Shown: positions 29,746 through 42,005 of the stretch, one piece after another
How positions within the stretch are numbered: the stretch's first letter is position 1
Layout of the letters: each line of letters opens with the position of its first letter
Source: the human T2T-CHM13v2.0 reference genome, Homo sapiens
DNA length: 64,000 nucleotides
Assembly (NCBI RefSeq): GCF_009914755.1
Contig: NC_060925.1
Strand: one strand, 5' to 3'
Notes under the pieces: model-generated
What the model saw: the letters and a program-made list of their open reading frames with translations, nothing else
Told to the model about the DNA's origin: nothing
Databases searched by the model: none
Made by a program: the position numbers and the translations under genes

Positions 29746-30309
29746 CTAGAGCAATCTGGAGGAGGAATGGTAAAAGTAATGACTACTATTTATTGAGTAC
29801 TTACCCAACACCAGATTCTGTACTTAGTGTGTTCTGTACATTGTTTCATTTCATCCTTGTAACAGCCTTTGAGGTTTAGAGAGAAGTTAAGTAATTTTCT
29901 GAAAGTCATACTGAATCAAAAACAAGCAGAATAAAAATCGAAACACAGGTCTAATTCTTAACAGCCAACCTCCTACCATCGTAGGTTCCTGAATTCCATT
30001 CCATCAAGGAACAACCTAATACTGTATCAGCTCCAAAGTATTACTTGCCCCTTTCCCCTTCACATCTTCAAAACCTTTTTCAGTGCCACTCTCTAATTTT
30101 TTTTTAATTTCAAGAAGCTGCAGACTTCTCAGGTATATTATTTCTTCTTATGAAATAATAAGGGAGGTTGTTAGCTCTACTCTATATGTTAAAATGCCAA
30201 GCCAGATTATGCATGATTTGTTAGAATTGTTTTTGAAATGTGGCTGTCCTGCTTAAGTCTTGGTTAGTCATACTATGGTTAAGTCATTTCCTTAAAAATC
30301 AATGTAATT

Positions 30310-30607
30310 GGGCCGGGCGCGGTGGCTTACGCCTGTTATCCCAGCACTTTGGGAGGCCAAGGTAGGCAGATCACGAGGTCAGGAGTTCAAGACCAGCGTG
30401 GCCAACATGGTGAAACCCTGTCTCTACTAAAAATACAAAAATTAGCTGGGCATGGTGGCACATGCCTGTAATCCTAGCTACTCGGGAGGCTGAAACAGGA
30501 GAATTGCTTGAACTGTGACCCAGGAGGCGGAGGTTGCAGTGAACCAAGATCGCTCCACTGCAGTCCAGCCTGGGCTACAAAGTGAGACTCCACCTCAAAA
30601 AAAAAAA
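30310..30607 (+). mobile_element. AluS
   Basis: TSD aaaaatcaatgtaattgg. Confidence 0.9.
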
Positions 30608-30726
30608 TCAATGTAATTGGTAGCAAGTTTGAGTTTGGTTGAGTTAGGCTTTTTAAGTCTACAAGCATTATGGCTTTGGAAATGTTTATAACATGTTTAC
30701 TTTTTTTTTTTTAAATTACTTTTTAG

Positions 30727-30875
30727 TGCTCGCCAGAAACCCAGAGCTAATTATTTAGAAGACCGAAAAAATGGGTCAAAGCTGATTGTTTTTGTAATTG
30801 GAGGGATCACATACTCTGAAGTGCGTTGTGCTTATGAAGTTTCTCAGGCACATAAATCCTGTGAAGTTATTATTG
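30727..30875 (+). CDS. STXBP3: STXBP3 coding exon, ~exon 18
   Basis: [49 protein letters not shown]+G, containing the SM motif [12 protein letters not shown]; donor gtaaga. Confidence 0.97.
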
Positions 30876-30901
30876 GTAAGACTTTCATTTTCTTCTTTTC
30901 T

Positions 30902-31202
30902 GTTTTTTTTTTTTTTTTTGAGACTAAGTCTCGGTCTTGTCCCCCAGGCTGGAGTGGAATGGCGCAATCTTGGCTCACCGCAACCTCCGCCTCCCAGGTT
31001 CAAGCGATTCTTCTGCCTCAGCCTCCTGAATAGCTGGAATTACAGGTGTCTGCCACCACGCCTGGCTAATTTTTGTATTTTTAGTAGAGACAGGGTTTCA
31101 CCATGTTGGCCAGGCTGGTCTCAAACTCCTGACCTTAGGTGATCCGCCCGCCTCGGCCTCCCAAAGTGCTGGGATTACAGACATGAGCCACCGCACCCAG
31201 CC
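30902..31202 (-). mobile_element. AluS
   Basis: TSD ttcttttctgttttt. Confidence 0.9.
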
Positions 31203-31556
31203 TTCTTTTCTGTTTTTAAACAAACTCTAAATGCAAAAGTATACATGTAAAATGTTATCTTGTGTTATACATTTGAGACAAAATTTAATGCAAAAAAATT
31301 GTTAACCATAGAATGTGTTTTGTCTGATGTGCTGGAGTTTTTTCCTAGTTGACTTTTTGATAGTTTTATTTTAAAATGTGCTTATTTGAGGAAAAGGAGC
31401 TTGCTCCTTTAAAATAGTATGTTCTGTACGTTTGTTTAACCATTAAATAGTTTTTGAGGCACAAATACATTTCTACTTCAAAAATATTTTGAATTTTTTG
31501 TGGATATGGACATTACATTGGCAAGGCCTGTGTGCAATTAAGTTTTAAGAATTTCA

Positions 31557-31690
31557 GGCCAGGCTAGTGGCTCAGGCCTGTAATTCCAGCACTTTGGGAG
31601 GCCAAAGCAGAAGGGTCACTTGAGGCCAGGAGTTTGAAACCAGCCTGGGCAATAAAGCAAAACTCCGTCTCTACAAAAAATTAAAAAATA
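31557..31690 (+). mobile_element. FLAM_C-like monomer
   Basis: TSD taagaatttcag. Confidence 0.8.
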
Positions 31691-32108
31691 AGAATTTCAG
31701 TCAAAGCCAATGATAGGTAAACTCTCCTGACCCATGGAGGCGATGGATCTGTGTGTTAAGCCTTGACCTGCAGCACTGCTTAGTGGATCTCTATTATTGA
31801 ACAATAACTGTTATAGTGCTGAGGATAGGATAATCCCGTTTTGCCCTTCATTATACCAACGTATAGCACAAAGTAGACAAAGCACTAGGAATGGCCGCTG
31901 TTTCTGAAAAGTTACTGAACATGCTCAGTGGTGAAGAAGGATTGAAATATTGCAGCATAGGCAGATTTCAGGAAGATGTCTTACAGAAATTTTGTTACAT
32001 TACCCCAGGCTACTGCACTTTACATATTTGAAGGACAACACATTATATTAAGCGAAGGAAAATTGATTTAACTGCTGGCCTCTGAAAAATTCTCTTTTCT
32101 CCTACCAG

Positions 32109-32203
32109 GTTCTACACATGTTTTAACACCCAAAAAGCTGTTGGATGATATAAAGATGCTGAATAAACCCAAGGATAAAGTCTCCTTAATTAAAGATGAA
32201 TAG
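32109..32203 (+). CDS. STXBP3: STXBP3 last coding exon (~exon 19) to stop
   Basis: cctaccag acceptor; (G)STHVLTPKKLLDDIKMLNKPKDKVSLIKDE then TAG at 32201-32203. Confidence 0.97.
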
Positions 32204-32855
32204 CATTTCTTTTTGGAGGGTTTAGAGATTCTTACTAATATGTTGAACTAAAATAGAAAGAAAATGTTGCTGTCATGTAATTTAAACAATGTAAATATTT
32301 TATGGAATAATGGCTTTTCAAATACATTTCTTAAGGAACTGTTTATGATTATTACTGGATTTGTCATTTTTGATAATTTAAATATTGCTGCTGCTTTGTA
32401 GATGATGAGAAGAAATGTTAAAGTGCTTTCTAAAAGGAAATTTTTTCACCTTTGGAGGAGAATATATTAGAGTTGTGGGTAATTTTTCACAGCCACCTAT
32501 GTACATACTAATTACCCATTGGATACTTATATCTAAAAGTCTCATGCTGAAGTATAGTTTTTGGGAAAGAATGATTTTAAATAAAGAGATTGTAAAAGTA
32601 AAAAACTGTAAATGTATATGTATGATAGAATTGTTTCCTCTAAGTGTAGTTTTTCTTTCAACTAAAATTCAGTTTATGTGTAAAATAATTCAGTCATTAA
32701 TAGAAATGGAGTGATTTCACAGTGTGTACTGTTTTGCCACATACTTCTAAAGAACACAATTTTATATAATTTTGAAATCATGTATGTTTAAATTAGAAAA
32801 CCAAAAATCATGAACATTCTAAGAGAAAATAAATATAGAATTTAAAAAATTATTC
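32204..32855 (+). other. STXBP3: STXBP3 3' UTR (AU-rich)
   Basis: Repeat-free AT-rich sequence after the stop; AATAAA at 32580-32585 and 32828-32833; 3' end approximate. Confidence 0.8.
32828..32833 (+). terminator. STXBP3 polyadenylation signal AATAAA
   Basis: AATAAA followed about 20 nt later by a GU/U-rich downstream element (tctggtttgtgttttctgt). Confidence 0.75.
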
Positions 32856-33439
32856 TGGTTTGTGTTTTCTGTAGGGGAGAGGGGAAAGTTACAAATTTTA
32901 AAAGTTCTAAATTAGAGTAACAAAGAAGAAAAGGAATCTACCGTAATATTCCCACCAAGATAACTCCTAATGACTTTTTCAAAAATAACGTAATCTCTAT
33001 ATAGGGTTAGATAATATATGTCTGCAGATGTGTTTTGTTAAACAAAGGGAACATCTTTGTTTCAAATCTCTTCTTTTACTTGCCCTCATAGTGTTCTGTC
33101 ATATGGCAGACCATAGTTTTATTGATTCAGAGTTTTGCTCTTATAAATAATGCTGCGTTGTTTGGGTACATACCTTTGCAGACTTACACAGACATTTCCA
33201 TAATGTAAATTCCTAGCAGTGGTCAAGGGATTTGTGCATTTAAATATTGATGGATATCCATTTTTAATTTTTATTTAAGTAAATCCATCGCTTTTCCATT
33301 TTGGCTTCTGAATTTCACATGCTACTTAGAAATACCTTCCACACTCCAGGATTATAAATTTTTGATAGATTCATTCTATTTTTTTACAGGTAACTCACCC
33401 ATCTGGAATTGATTTTAGTGTAAGAATGTGTGCTAGATA

Positions 33440-33888
33440 TTGTCTCTTAGTACTTGGCATGACGTCCCATGCCTCCTTACCCCATACCACAGGGGATGAA
33501 AGGCTAAACATGAAGTTTTTCAGGTTCTAGGATAAGTAAGGTCTGAACAGTTTATATTCTACCAATGATGTGCACTTGGTCAAGATTTGGAGGCAGAGGC
33601 CATCTACTATGCCAGTAAGCAATCTCCCGCAGACAGGAATTGTTTGTAGCAACCAGACTCCACATTTTAGTGTCTTGTCGCCTGCTTCGTGGGTATGAGT
33701 TAATGCTGTGGCAGCAGCACTAGCTTCCTGTCCTTTGGGTCACAGATGGTAAAATGATCGTGGGTCTCCAGTTTCTGCTCCTACTGCTTTTTCAGTGATT
33801 TTTGTAACGACCTAATTCTCTGTATTAAATGCCTTTCTGCTTGAAATATCTAGAGAAGTTTGTTTCCTGCACAGAACCCTGACTTGAT
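33440..33888 (+). mobile_element. ERVL LTR (LTR33-like)
   Basis: 3' end tctgtattaaatgcctttctgcttgaaata...gaaccctgac. Confidence 0.55.
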
Positions 33889-34474
33889 GGAGTATTTCAT
33901 AGTGGTCCAGCTTCACTCCTTTCTAAACAGCCAGATGTTATACCAGATCCTATTGGATAATCTCTCTTTCCCCAACTAATCTGAAATACCACCATTATCA
34001 TAGACTAAATTTCCATTTGTATTGTGGTCTATTTCTGGATTCTCTTTTAATGACCTACAGTTTGTTTTGTATTTCTTTTTCCCTATTTCAATTCATGGTA
34101 TGTTTCAATATGTAGTGGAAGAAGTTCCTATTCAATCCACCTAAATTACTATTATTTTTCAGAAATTTTCTATCAGATTTTTCTAGATGAATTTTAGTAT
34201 CCTTTTGTTGAGTTCCCAAAAAAAGCCATTTTGGTATTTTCATAGGATTTGCATTGTTCCTAGGTTAACTTAGGAAAAATCAACATCTTTTATAATATTG
34301 AAACTTTGATATTCAGGAATGTGAAATGTCTTTTCATTTAAATCTTCATAACCTTCAGAATCTTCATTTTCTTCATATAGTTACTGCACATTGTCAAAAT
34401 ATTTTTGTAGTTCCTTTGTGGGTTGAATCTTCTACTATTTTCAAATGGTTTTTTACACATAGAAATTTATTTAT

Positions 34475-34787
34475 TTTTTTTTAAATAGAGACAGGGTCTT
34501 GCTATGTTACCCAGGCTGGAGTGCAGTCATGTGATCATAGCTCACTGGAATTTTGAACTCCTGGGCGATAGTGATCTTCCTGCCTCAGCCTCCCAAGTAG
34601 CCAGGACTACAGGTATGGGCCACCACATATGGCTAATTTTTGGGTTTTTTTGTTTTTGTTTTTGTTTTTTTGTATAGACAGTCTCACTGTGTTGCCCTGG
34701 CTGGTCTCAAACTCCTGGGCTTAAGCAATCCTCCTTCTCAGCCTCCCAAAGTGTGGGGATTACAGGTGTGAGCCATTGTGCCTGGCC
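34475..34787 (-). mobile_element. AluJ
   Basis: Diverged dimer. Confidence 0.87.
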
Positions 34788-35440
34788 AACTTTTGATATG
34801 TTAATCTTACAACTTTACTAAGTATTGATAATAAAGTAATAATATACAAATGCTTACTTAGTGCTTTCTATTATTAATTCATTCCATCTTCTCGTGTATT
34901 CCTGTGAGCATAGGTACTGTGATTATCATCTTTATTTTAAAGCTGAGGAAACCGACACAAAGAGATGGATGTAACTTGGTGTGGATGAGTGCATGGAAAG
35001 GAAGGGCCTGGCACAATAAACAGCCCTCTTTGCAAACTACGCATGAAAACAATATATCTCCAGTAAGAGGATTAGTTTTTGGTGTCTGCATTTTATCTGA
35101 GATCTTTGTGTGCCTCAGTAACTCCCTCTCCAGGGTCAGAACATGTGTGGAATAGGTATTTAGATTAATCCAATGGCCTGGAACAAATGGAACTAAGAGT
35201 GTGATGACAGCAAACACTGGACTGTTTATTCATTTGATCACTTGACATCTCAGTGACCACTTTACCCTGATCACACTGATATCGGATGTTTTGAGTCCTG
35301 TATTTCACATATATGTTAAGCTTTGAATTGCAGAGACCCTTTGTTTACAAAATCTCTTATGAATTTGAAGCCATAAGACGTCATCTCACATAAATTCCTT
35401 GTATAAGCTGATTTTTTTTCCCCCATAGAATTAGCAATTA

Positions 35441-35742
35441 CAGGCCAAAGCAGGAGGATCACTTGAGCCCAGGAGTTTGAGACGAGCCTGAGCAACATAG
35501 TGAGACCACATCTTTTTTTTTTTTTTTCGTTCTATGAATATTCCAAAAGTGAGACCACATCTTTACAAAAAAAGGAAAAAAAAAAAAGCTGGGTGTGGTG
35601 ACACGTACCTGTGATCCCAGCTACTACTCAAGAGGCTGAGGCAGGAGGATTGCTTGAACCAAGGAGGTGGAGGCTGCAGTGAACTGTGATCACACCACTG
35701 CACTTCAGCCTGGGCGAGTCAGTCCCTGTCTGAAAAAAAAAA
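35441..35742 (+). mobile_element. AluJ interrupted by a short secondary insertion
   Basis: 17-bp duplication agtgagaccacatcttt inside the left arm. Confidence 0.85.
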
Positions 35743-36337
35743 ATTACAGGTTTTGATTTCAAGACCCAGAAAAAGACTTTTTTGTTGTTGCAACCAATGG
35801 AAACCATTTATTCACTGTCTCTGAAACACAGATTTGCTTCCTGTTGAAATGTGCTTTATTTATAAAGTACAGTGGATTCACATTCTTCAATCATATTAGT
35901 AAATAAATAAGGATATCTTTATTAATCCTGTTATCCTGGTTCCTAGACCCTTAGCCTTTACTGCTCCAGGATCACAATAGGAGTTCACAAGATCTCAAAA
36001 GTCTTGGATTTGAGCCCCAAAGGGCCTGACCCCACAGTTTATTGTGTAAGATACGACACCTCCATAACTCAGTTCTTCCCTAGGTATTTGTACCCATTGT
36101 AAGTCCTATTGGAATGCAAGCAGATTTCTTCTAAAATCAAAGGAGCAAGAAATGTCTTCCTTCTATAGGAAAATTTTTAACACCAAAACAATGTTTTTTC
36201 TATTAAATATAAACACATATTCGTATTTAGTACAAATTAGGCCTATTTTATATAATTCATTAACAGCAAGATTATAATAGGATAAAAAGATGAGATTTCT
36301 TTTGCAAACTATAATAGTTAACTAAAGGGGATGGCTA

Positions 36338-36796
<459 letters not shown>

Positions 36797-37537
36797 TTAC
36801 AGCCCTCAGGCAATGCTGAGTCCCTTGATGCCAGCATTAGGGGTACCATTACTTTTACTTCACAAGCTTGTTTTTCTGGTTTATTACTCGAACAGAATTA
36901 GAAGAGAGGTCATTAGAACTGACACAAGAATTGCACGAGGGAGGAGATGGCCAAGACTACAGAATCAGTAAGTATAAAATTATCCTTGTAAATCAGAGCC
37001 TAGTGTCTTTGTGGAACTCCTTAAGGGCATTGCCTGCCCTTTTTTGCTATTTCTTAGATTAGTCGTGTTGCAGTGATTGCTCATAATGACCCCTAATCTT
37101 CAAGGAAATGGAAAATTACATTTAGAATATGGTTTGATAAAGCAGAAATGGGCCATATTTTTAAATCAAAAATGATTATAATTACCAATTTCTATAAATG
37201 TTAATTTGAGGGATTTAGAAATATTCGTTAATGGTAGACGTTTCTAACCAAGGTTCCATGGATTTGTTTCATGGTGTCCACGAACTTTTAAAAATGAATG
37301 TATTCTTTTCCACGAGAAGGCAGAGCATGGGGGAAGGGAGACTCCATAGCTTTCACCAGATTCCCAAAAAATGAGCCCAAAAAAGGTTAAGAACTAATGA
37401 ATCATATAAGAACACTTCAAGCCAGAGAAGTATATGATTTTAAACTTGGGGATGAGATAGTGGTACTAACATACAAAACAGATTAGCAAGTTGTGATTAA
37501 ATTTAGATATGTGATGATACTGGAAGCCTCTTGGAAC

Positions 37538-37949
37538 TGCCAAAAACCAAAATGTCAACAAATTAAGTCTAATGACCTAATTGGCTTTTATTAGCAATTT
37601 ATGAATCAGGCAGCATCCTATCTATGAAATAGAAAGGCTGAGCACAGGAGTGGGCTTTATAGGCAGAAAAAAACAGAAGAAAATGGAAACAAGGAACAAA
37701 AGGTGTCTTTATATGGGTTAAAGCAGAGGGGACTTCCTTATGCCAGCTCAGGTTGACGGGGCCCCTTCTAATGGGATACTGTGAATGTTCTGGGTCTTTT
37801 TTTTTTCTTTTAAACTGACCTATTTTAAAGTTCAGTTTGATTACGTGGCACCTAGCATGAGTGACTCCATTCTAGTTTGGTCTGGTCTGTTGGGGTCCCC
37901 TGTAGGAGCTTAGTCCAAAAAAATGACCTCCCATAAGTTTTATTTAATA
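37538..37949 (-). mobile_element. MER31-like ERV1 solo LTR
   Basis: aagttcagtttgattacgtggcacctagcatgagtgactccatt...ggtctggtctgttgggg. Confidence 0.75.
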
Positions 37950-38693
37950 GAACATACACAGTTTAAGCTCTGTTTTTTCTAATACCAGCCATGGTTCCTT
38001 GCTATCTTCCTTACAGTGCCACAGCCTGAAGTAAATTTGGCCATAAAGTCAGAGGTATTTTCAGACTGACCTGTGCATTATCTCTTCCAGGGCACCCTAA
38101 ACCAATTTACAAACCCCAAAGTTAAAAACAGTCCATTCTCCAGCCAGCTAGACGAATACCAGCTGCTCACATTGGCACGAAAATCTAAAGTGGGAATAGA
38201 TTCAACTCCCTCCTGACCACTGAGCCAAACTCTGGGAGTTGGGAAACCATTTGTTGAATGTCTAGGGTGAATGAAAATCAGAAGTTTCAGGGAAGGGGGA
38301 AAGAGCCAATACCCTGCTGTGCTGTCACTAAGGAGGTAATAAATCACTCTTAAAGAAGGAAAGCAAAAGCTTGATCTGGAAGGAAAAAAAAAAAAGCCTG
38401 CTCTGGTCTGCATGAAAATGTACTTAATCTCTGGTACACAGTTTTAATGAATTGTCTTTTCCAAAATTTCATTAAGGCTATTATTTTCACATATTTCTGA
38501 CTTCAAGCGATCTTTAAACAAATAATTTTGACTTATAAGTATATTGTGAGAATTTCATATAGTACAGAAAAGAAGGTAAAAACCCCTTTCTCCCCCAAAA
38601 CTCCCAGTTTCCTTTACTAGAGGTTCACTTCAGATTTTTAGGTATCTTTCCTGAAAATACGTATGCCCTTTTAAAAAAAATACACAAATGAAG

Positions 38694-38796
38694 AGCCAGG
38701 CACATTGGTGTGTGCCTGTAGTCCCAGCCACTCAGTAGGCTAAGGCGGGAGGATTGCTTGAAGTTCAAGTCCAGCCTGGGCAACATAGAAAGACCC
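38694..38796 (+). mobile_element. FLAM/FRAM monomer
   Basis: Short Alu monomer. Confidence 0.7.
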
Positions 38797-39241
38797 CAGA
38801 GGTTACAACTCTCTATATATATGCTTAGGCATCTTGCTTCTTTCACTGACTTTTGCAGATAATCCAACCTCATTCTTTTCGGTGGCTACAAAGTATTGTC
38901 ATTTATGAATCATCACAGGGGGTATTTAGATTAGTTCCCCCTTGGGGTTGTTACCATCAGTGCTCCAGTGCCCTTCCCTGTACATATATCATGCCACATT
39001 GTGTGGCTTATATGTAAAAGAAATTCCTAGAAGTGGAATTGCTGCTCTGAAGGTACATGATTTGGAATTTGTGGAACTTGGTAGATATTACCAAATAGTC
39101 TTCCAAAAAGGTTGCATTTCTGCCAACAGCATATGAGAGTACCAGTTTCCCTCCATCCTCACTGACACAGGGTTTCTTCAAACTTTAATCTTTTTTCAGA
39201 CTAATAGATAAAAGGAAATTCATTGTTTTGTTTTGATTTCT

Positions 39242-39274
39242 TTTATTATGAGTTAAGAAGAACATAGATTTATT
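39242..39274 (-). terminator. Candidate AKNAD1 poly(A) signals
   Basis: TTTATT on + (AATAAA on -) at 39242-39247 and 39269-39274, about 230-250 nt past the stop. Confidence 0.6.
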
Positions 39275-39496
39275 TTAAAATAAATACTTGTTGGTTGCTT
39301 TTGATTTTAAGAATCAGAAGTCCTTTCTTTTTTCTTTTTCCTTTAAGTACTTTGTGTTACCCATTTCTTATGGTTTCTGTGTTTTCTCTAGAAAGTCATC
39401 TTCCTAAATTGTGTAGTAAGTAAAATACATTTTGGGGGAAGATCAAGTTTTCTTTGCATTTTTTTTCTTTTGAATCCTTGGTAGCCTAGCGTTGAA

Positions 39497-39628
39497 CTAG
39501 TATTTCAGTCGATTCCTCCACCTCTGTGCTTTAGCAAGGTCTTCTGCAATCGTTTTAATCATTTGATCTGTAGTTTCTTTCAAAATGGTTGCTGTCCTTA
39601 GGGCATGATCCAAAGCCGAGTTTAAAAT
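39497..39628 (-). CDS. AKNAD1: AKNAD1 last coding exon (~exon 16) to stop
   Basis: Minus strand: ttttcctctgtag|ATT TTA AAC...; ILNSALDHALRTATILKETTDQMIKTIAEDLAKAQRWRNRLKY*. Confidence 0.92.
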   Translation of the reverse strand: MLNSALDHALRTATILKETTDQMIKTIAEDLAKAQRWRNRLKY

Positions 39629-40373
39629 CTACAGAGGAAAAGTCCACACATTTTAATTACATAAACTAACTGCTGTTTCTGTTCTTTGGGTTCTCTCATT
39701 ATTAAACATTACAAGGTGGAATTTGGGGAGTATTCCTGTTTTCCTCTTGGTCTATTTCTGTTTTTGAGGGTTGGTTTCCTAGGAGACCAGTCTGAGATGG
39801 AATATATTTGTTAGGGAAAGGGATTGAAAAAAAGACCAGCACGTGACTGATGAGCATGAATCAGAGGGTGAGGTCAGCCGCCAGCTGGGCTGTTTCCCTG
39901 CCGCAGAGAAAGAGAAAAAAAGAACAGCTCTTAGAGGCCATTGATGGGGATTGGGGGGCCATAACCACTGAGAGGGTATTCAGGGATACAGCGCATGCGT
40001 ATGGAAACATTTGAAAGTGGCCTGGGGATTCGAGTTAGTGATTTGAAATAGGAAACTGTTGGCAACTCTGATCACAGTGTCACTGGAACAGACCCAGTGC
40101 CTTCAACCCCCGGCCAGGGAAATCCTGTAGCTGAGGCACCACCCACAAATCACTTTCTCCAGGAAATTTCCCTTGGAACCAATTTAGAATAATACAAACC
40201 TTGCGACTGCTGAGGCTGTGTGTCTTTAGCTTAGTTCTGAGCACAAAATTGTCTTTAGCAGAGCATTTTCTGAAGCTCTGATACTGTAATAACTTAAGAG
40301 CTGCCAGTTCTGTGGGCATCAAGATCAAACTTACGAGCTGCAATGCTTCTCGAATGATTTTCTAAGTCCTCAC

Positions 40374-40503
40374 CTCAGATTTTATTTCTTCAGTGCTATC
40401 AAAGTCACATAAGGATTTGCTTCCAGAAATCCTGCAGGAGTAGAAATGGGGTGAGGGTGTTGCAGGGTCTGAGCTGTAGGTCATGAAAGCCTGAAGTTTT
40501 TTT
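40374..40503 (-). CDS. AKNAD1: AKNAD1 coding exon, ~exon 15
   Basis: ttttgtcttccag acceptor; KKLQAFMTYSSDPATPSPHFYSCRISGSKSLCDFDSTEEIKSE; donor GAG|gtgagg; phases match both neighbours. Confidence 0.9.
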
Positions 40504-40698
40504 CTGGAAGACAAAAGCACATTGATACTTGTGTCAAGCGCCACCCTCAAGCACACTCCTGTTCACGTCAGCTCTGTGGTAGGTAATGGCTCTGTGTGGT
40601 TTGGGTGTGGGTGGATTCGTGCACCCGCTGCCCTCCTAGCTCTCATACTCCCATGTGGCTGACCGCAGCTGGGCTTCAGAAAATGGTTGTTGCCATGA

Positions 40699-41129
<431 letters not shown>

Positions 41130-42005
41130 TTTTGGGGCCAACTTTCTACCTTGCATTTTTATAAAACAAATACACAAAACTGCCAATTGCAGGTACCTTG
41201 GGTTGAGTTCATTCTGGCACCAGTGAGCTTTCACCCCAAGGAGGCAGAAGCAGTCAAAAAATAAAAGCAGCTCCTTTTGAAGTAAACAGGCTCCCCTTGC
41301 CTGCTACACTGTGATTGGTTCTCTCTCAGGGATGGGCCAGAAGTCTGCACTAGGTGAGTGAGGGGTGCAGGGCCACTGGGCTGTTAAGGTTGTGCAGAGC
41401 ATGGCTCTAGGGGGTTATTTGCATAGTCTGTGAAGGGCACTGCCTGGAGTTAGGCTTTTCTCAAGCATGAGCAGTGGCCCTGAGGGATGCCATGAGAACT
41501 TGCCTGTTGACTGAGCAGTCATAGAGCCACCCTCACAGCTTCCTCCGGCTTCAGGTTTCCTCTGTTAAGCATTACTTTGGTGCATAAAACACTTGTGAGG
41601 AATATCATCTCCAGAAAATATCCTTTCATCCCTCTCCCCTACCATAGGAGCATCAATTGGTTCTGCAAGTTATTTTAACACATTGGATTGATCCTCCAGG
41701 CAAGAGGTGGTCCAGCATCCGGGGCCCCTAACTAATGAAATACTCTGGGCAGGGGATAGCAGAGTGGTGCAGAGTCCTCTCTCTCCCCATATCCCATCAG
41801 TCTCCACTGTCAACAGTATAACAGCCATCGCTTGCTGAGTACTTATTATGAGCCTGGTACCATTCTAAGTGCTTTATATGTATGGACTCAGTCCTCAATG
41901 AGTTTGGCACCATTATGATTCCCACTTTACATGCGGGGAAATGGAGGCACACATAGGTCAAGGAACCTGCCCAAGGACACAGAACCAAGACAAACCCAAG
42001 AAGTC

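Noticed and set aside
32162-32194. AATAAA and ATTAAA in the last STXBP3 coding exon
   Set aside because: They lie upstream of the stop codon and are explained by the codons (NK, IK).
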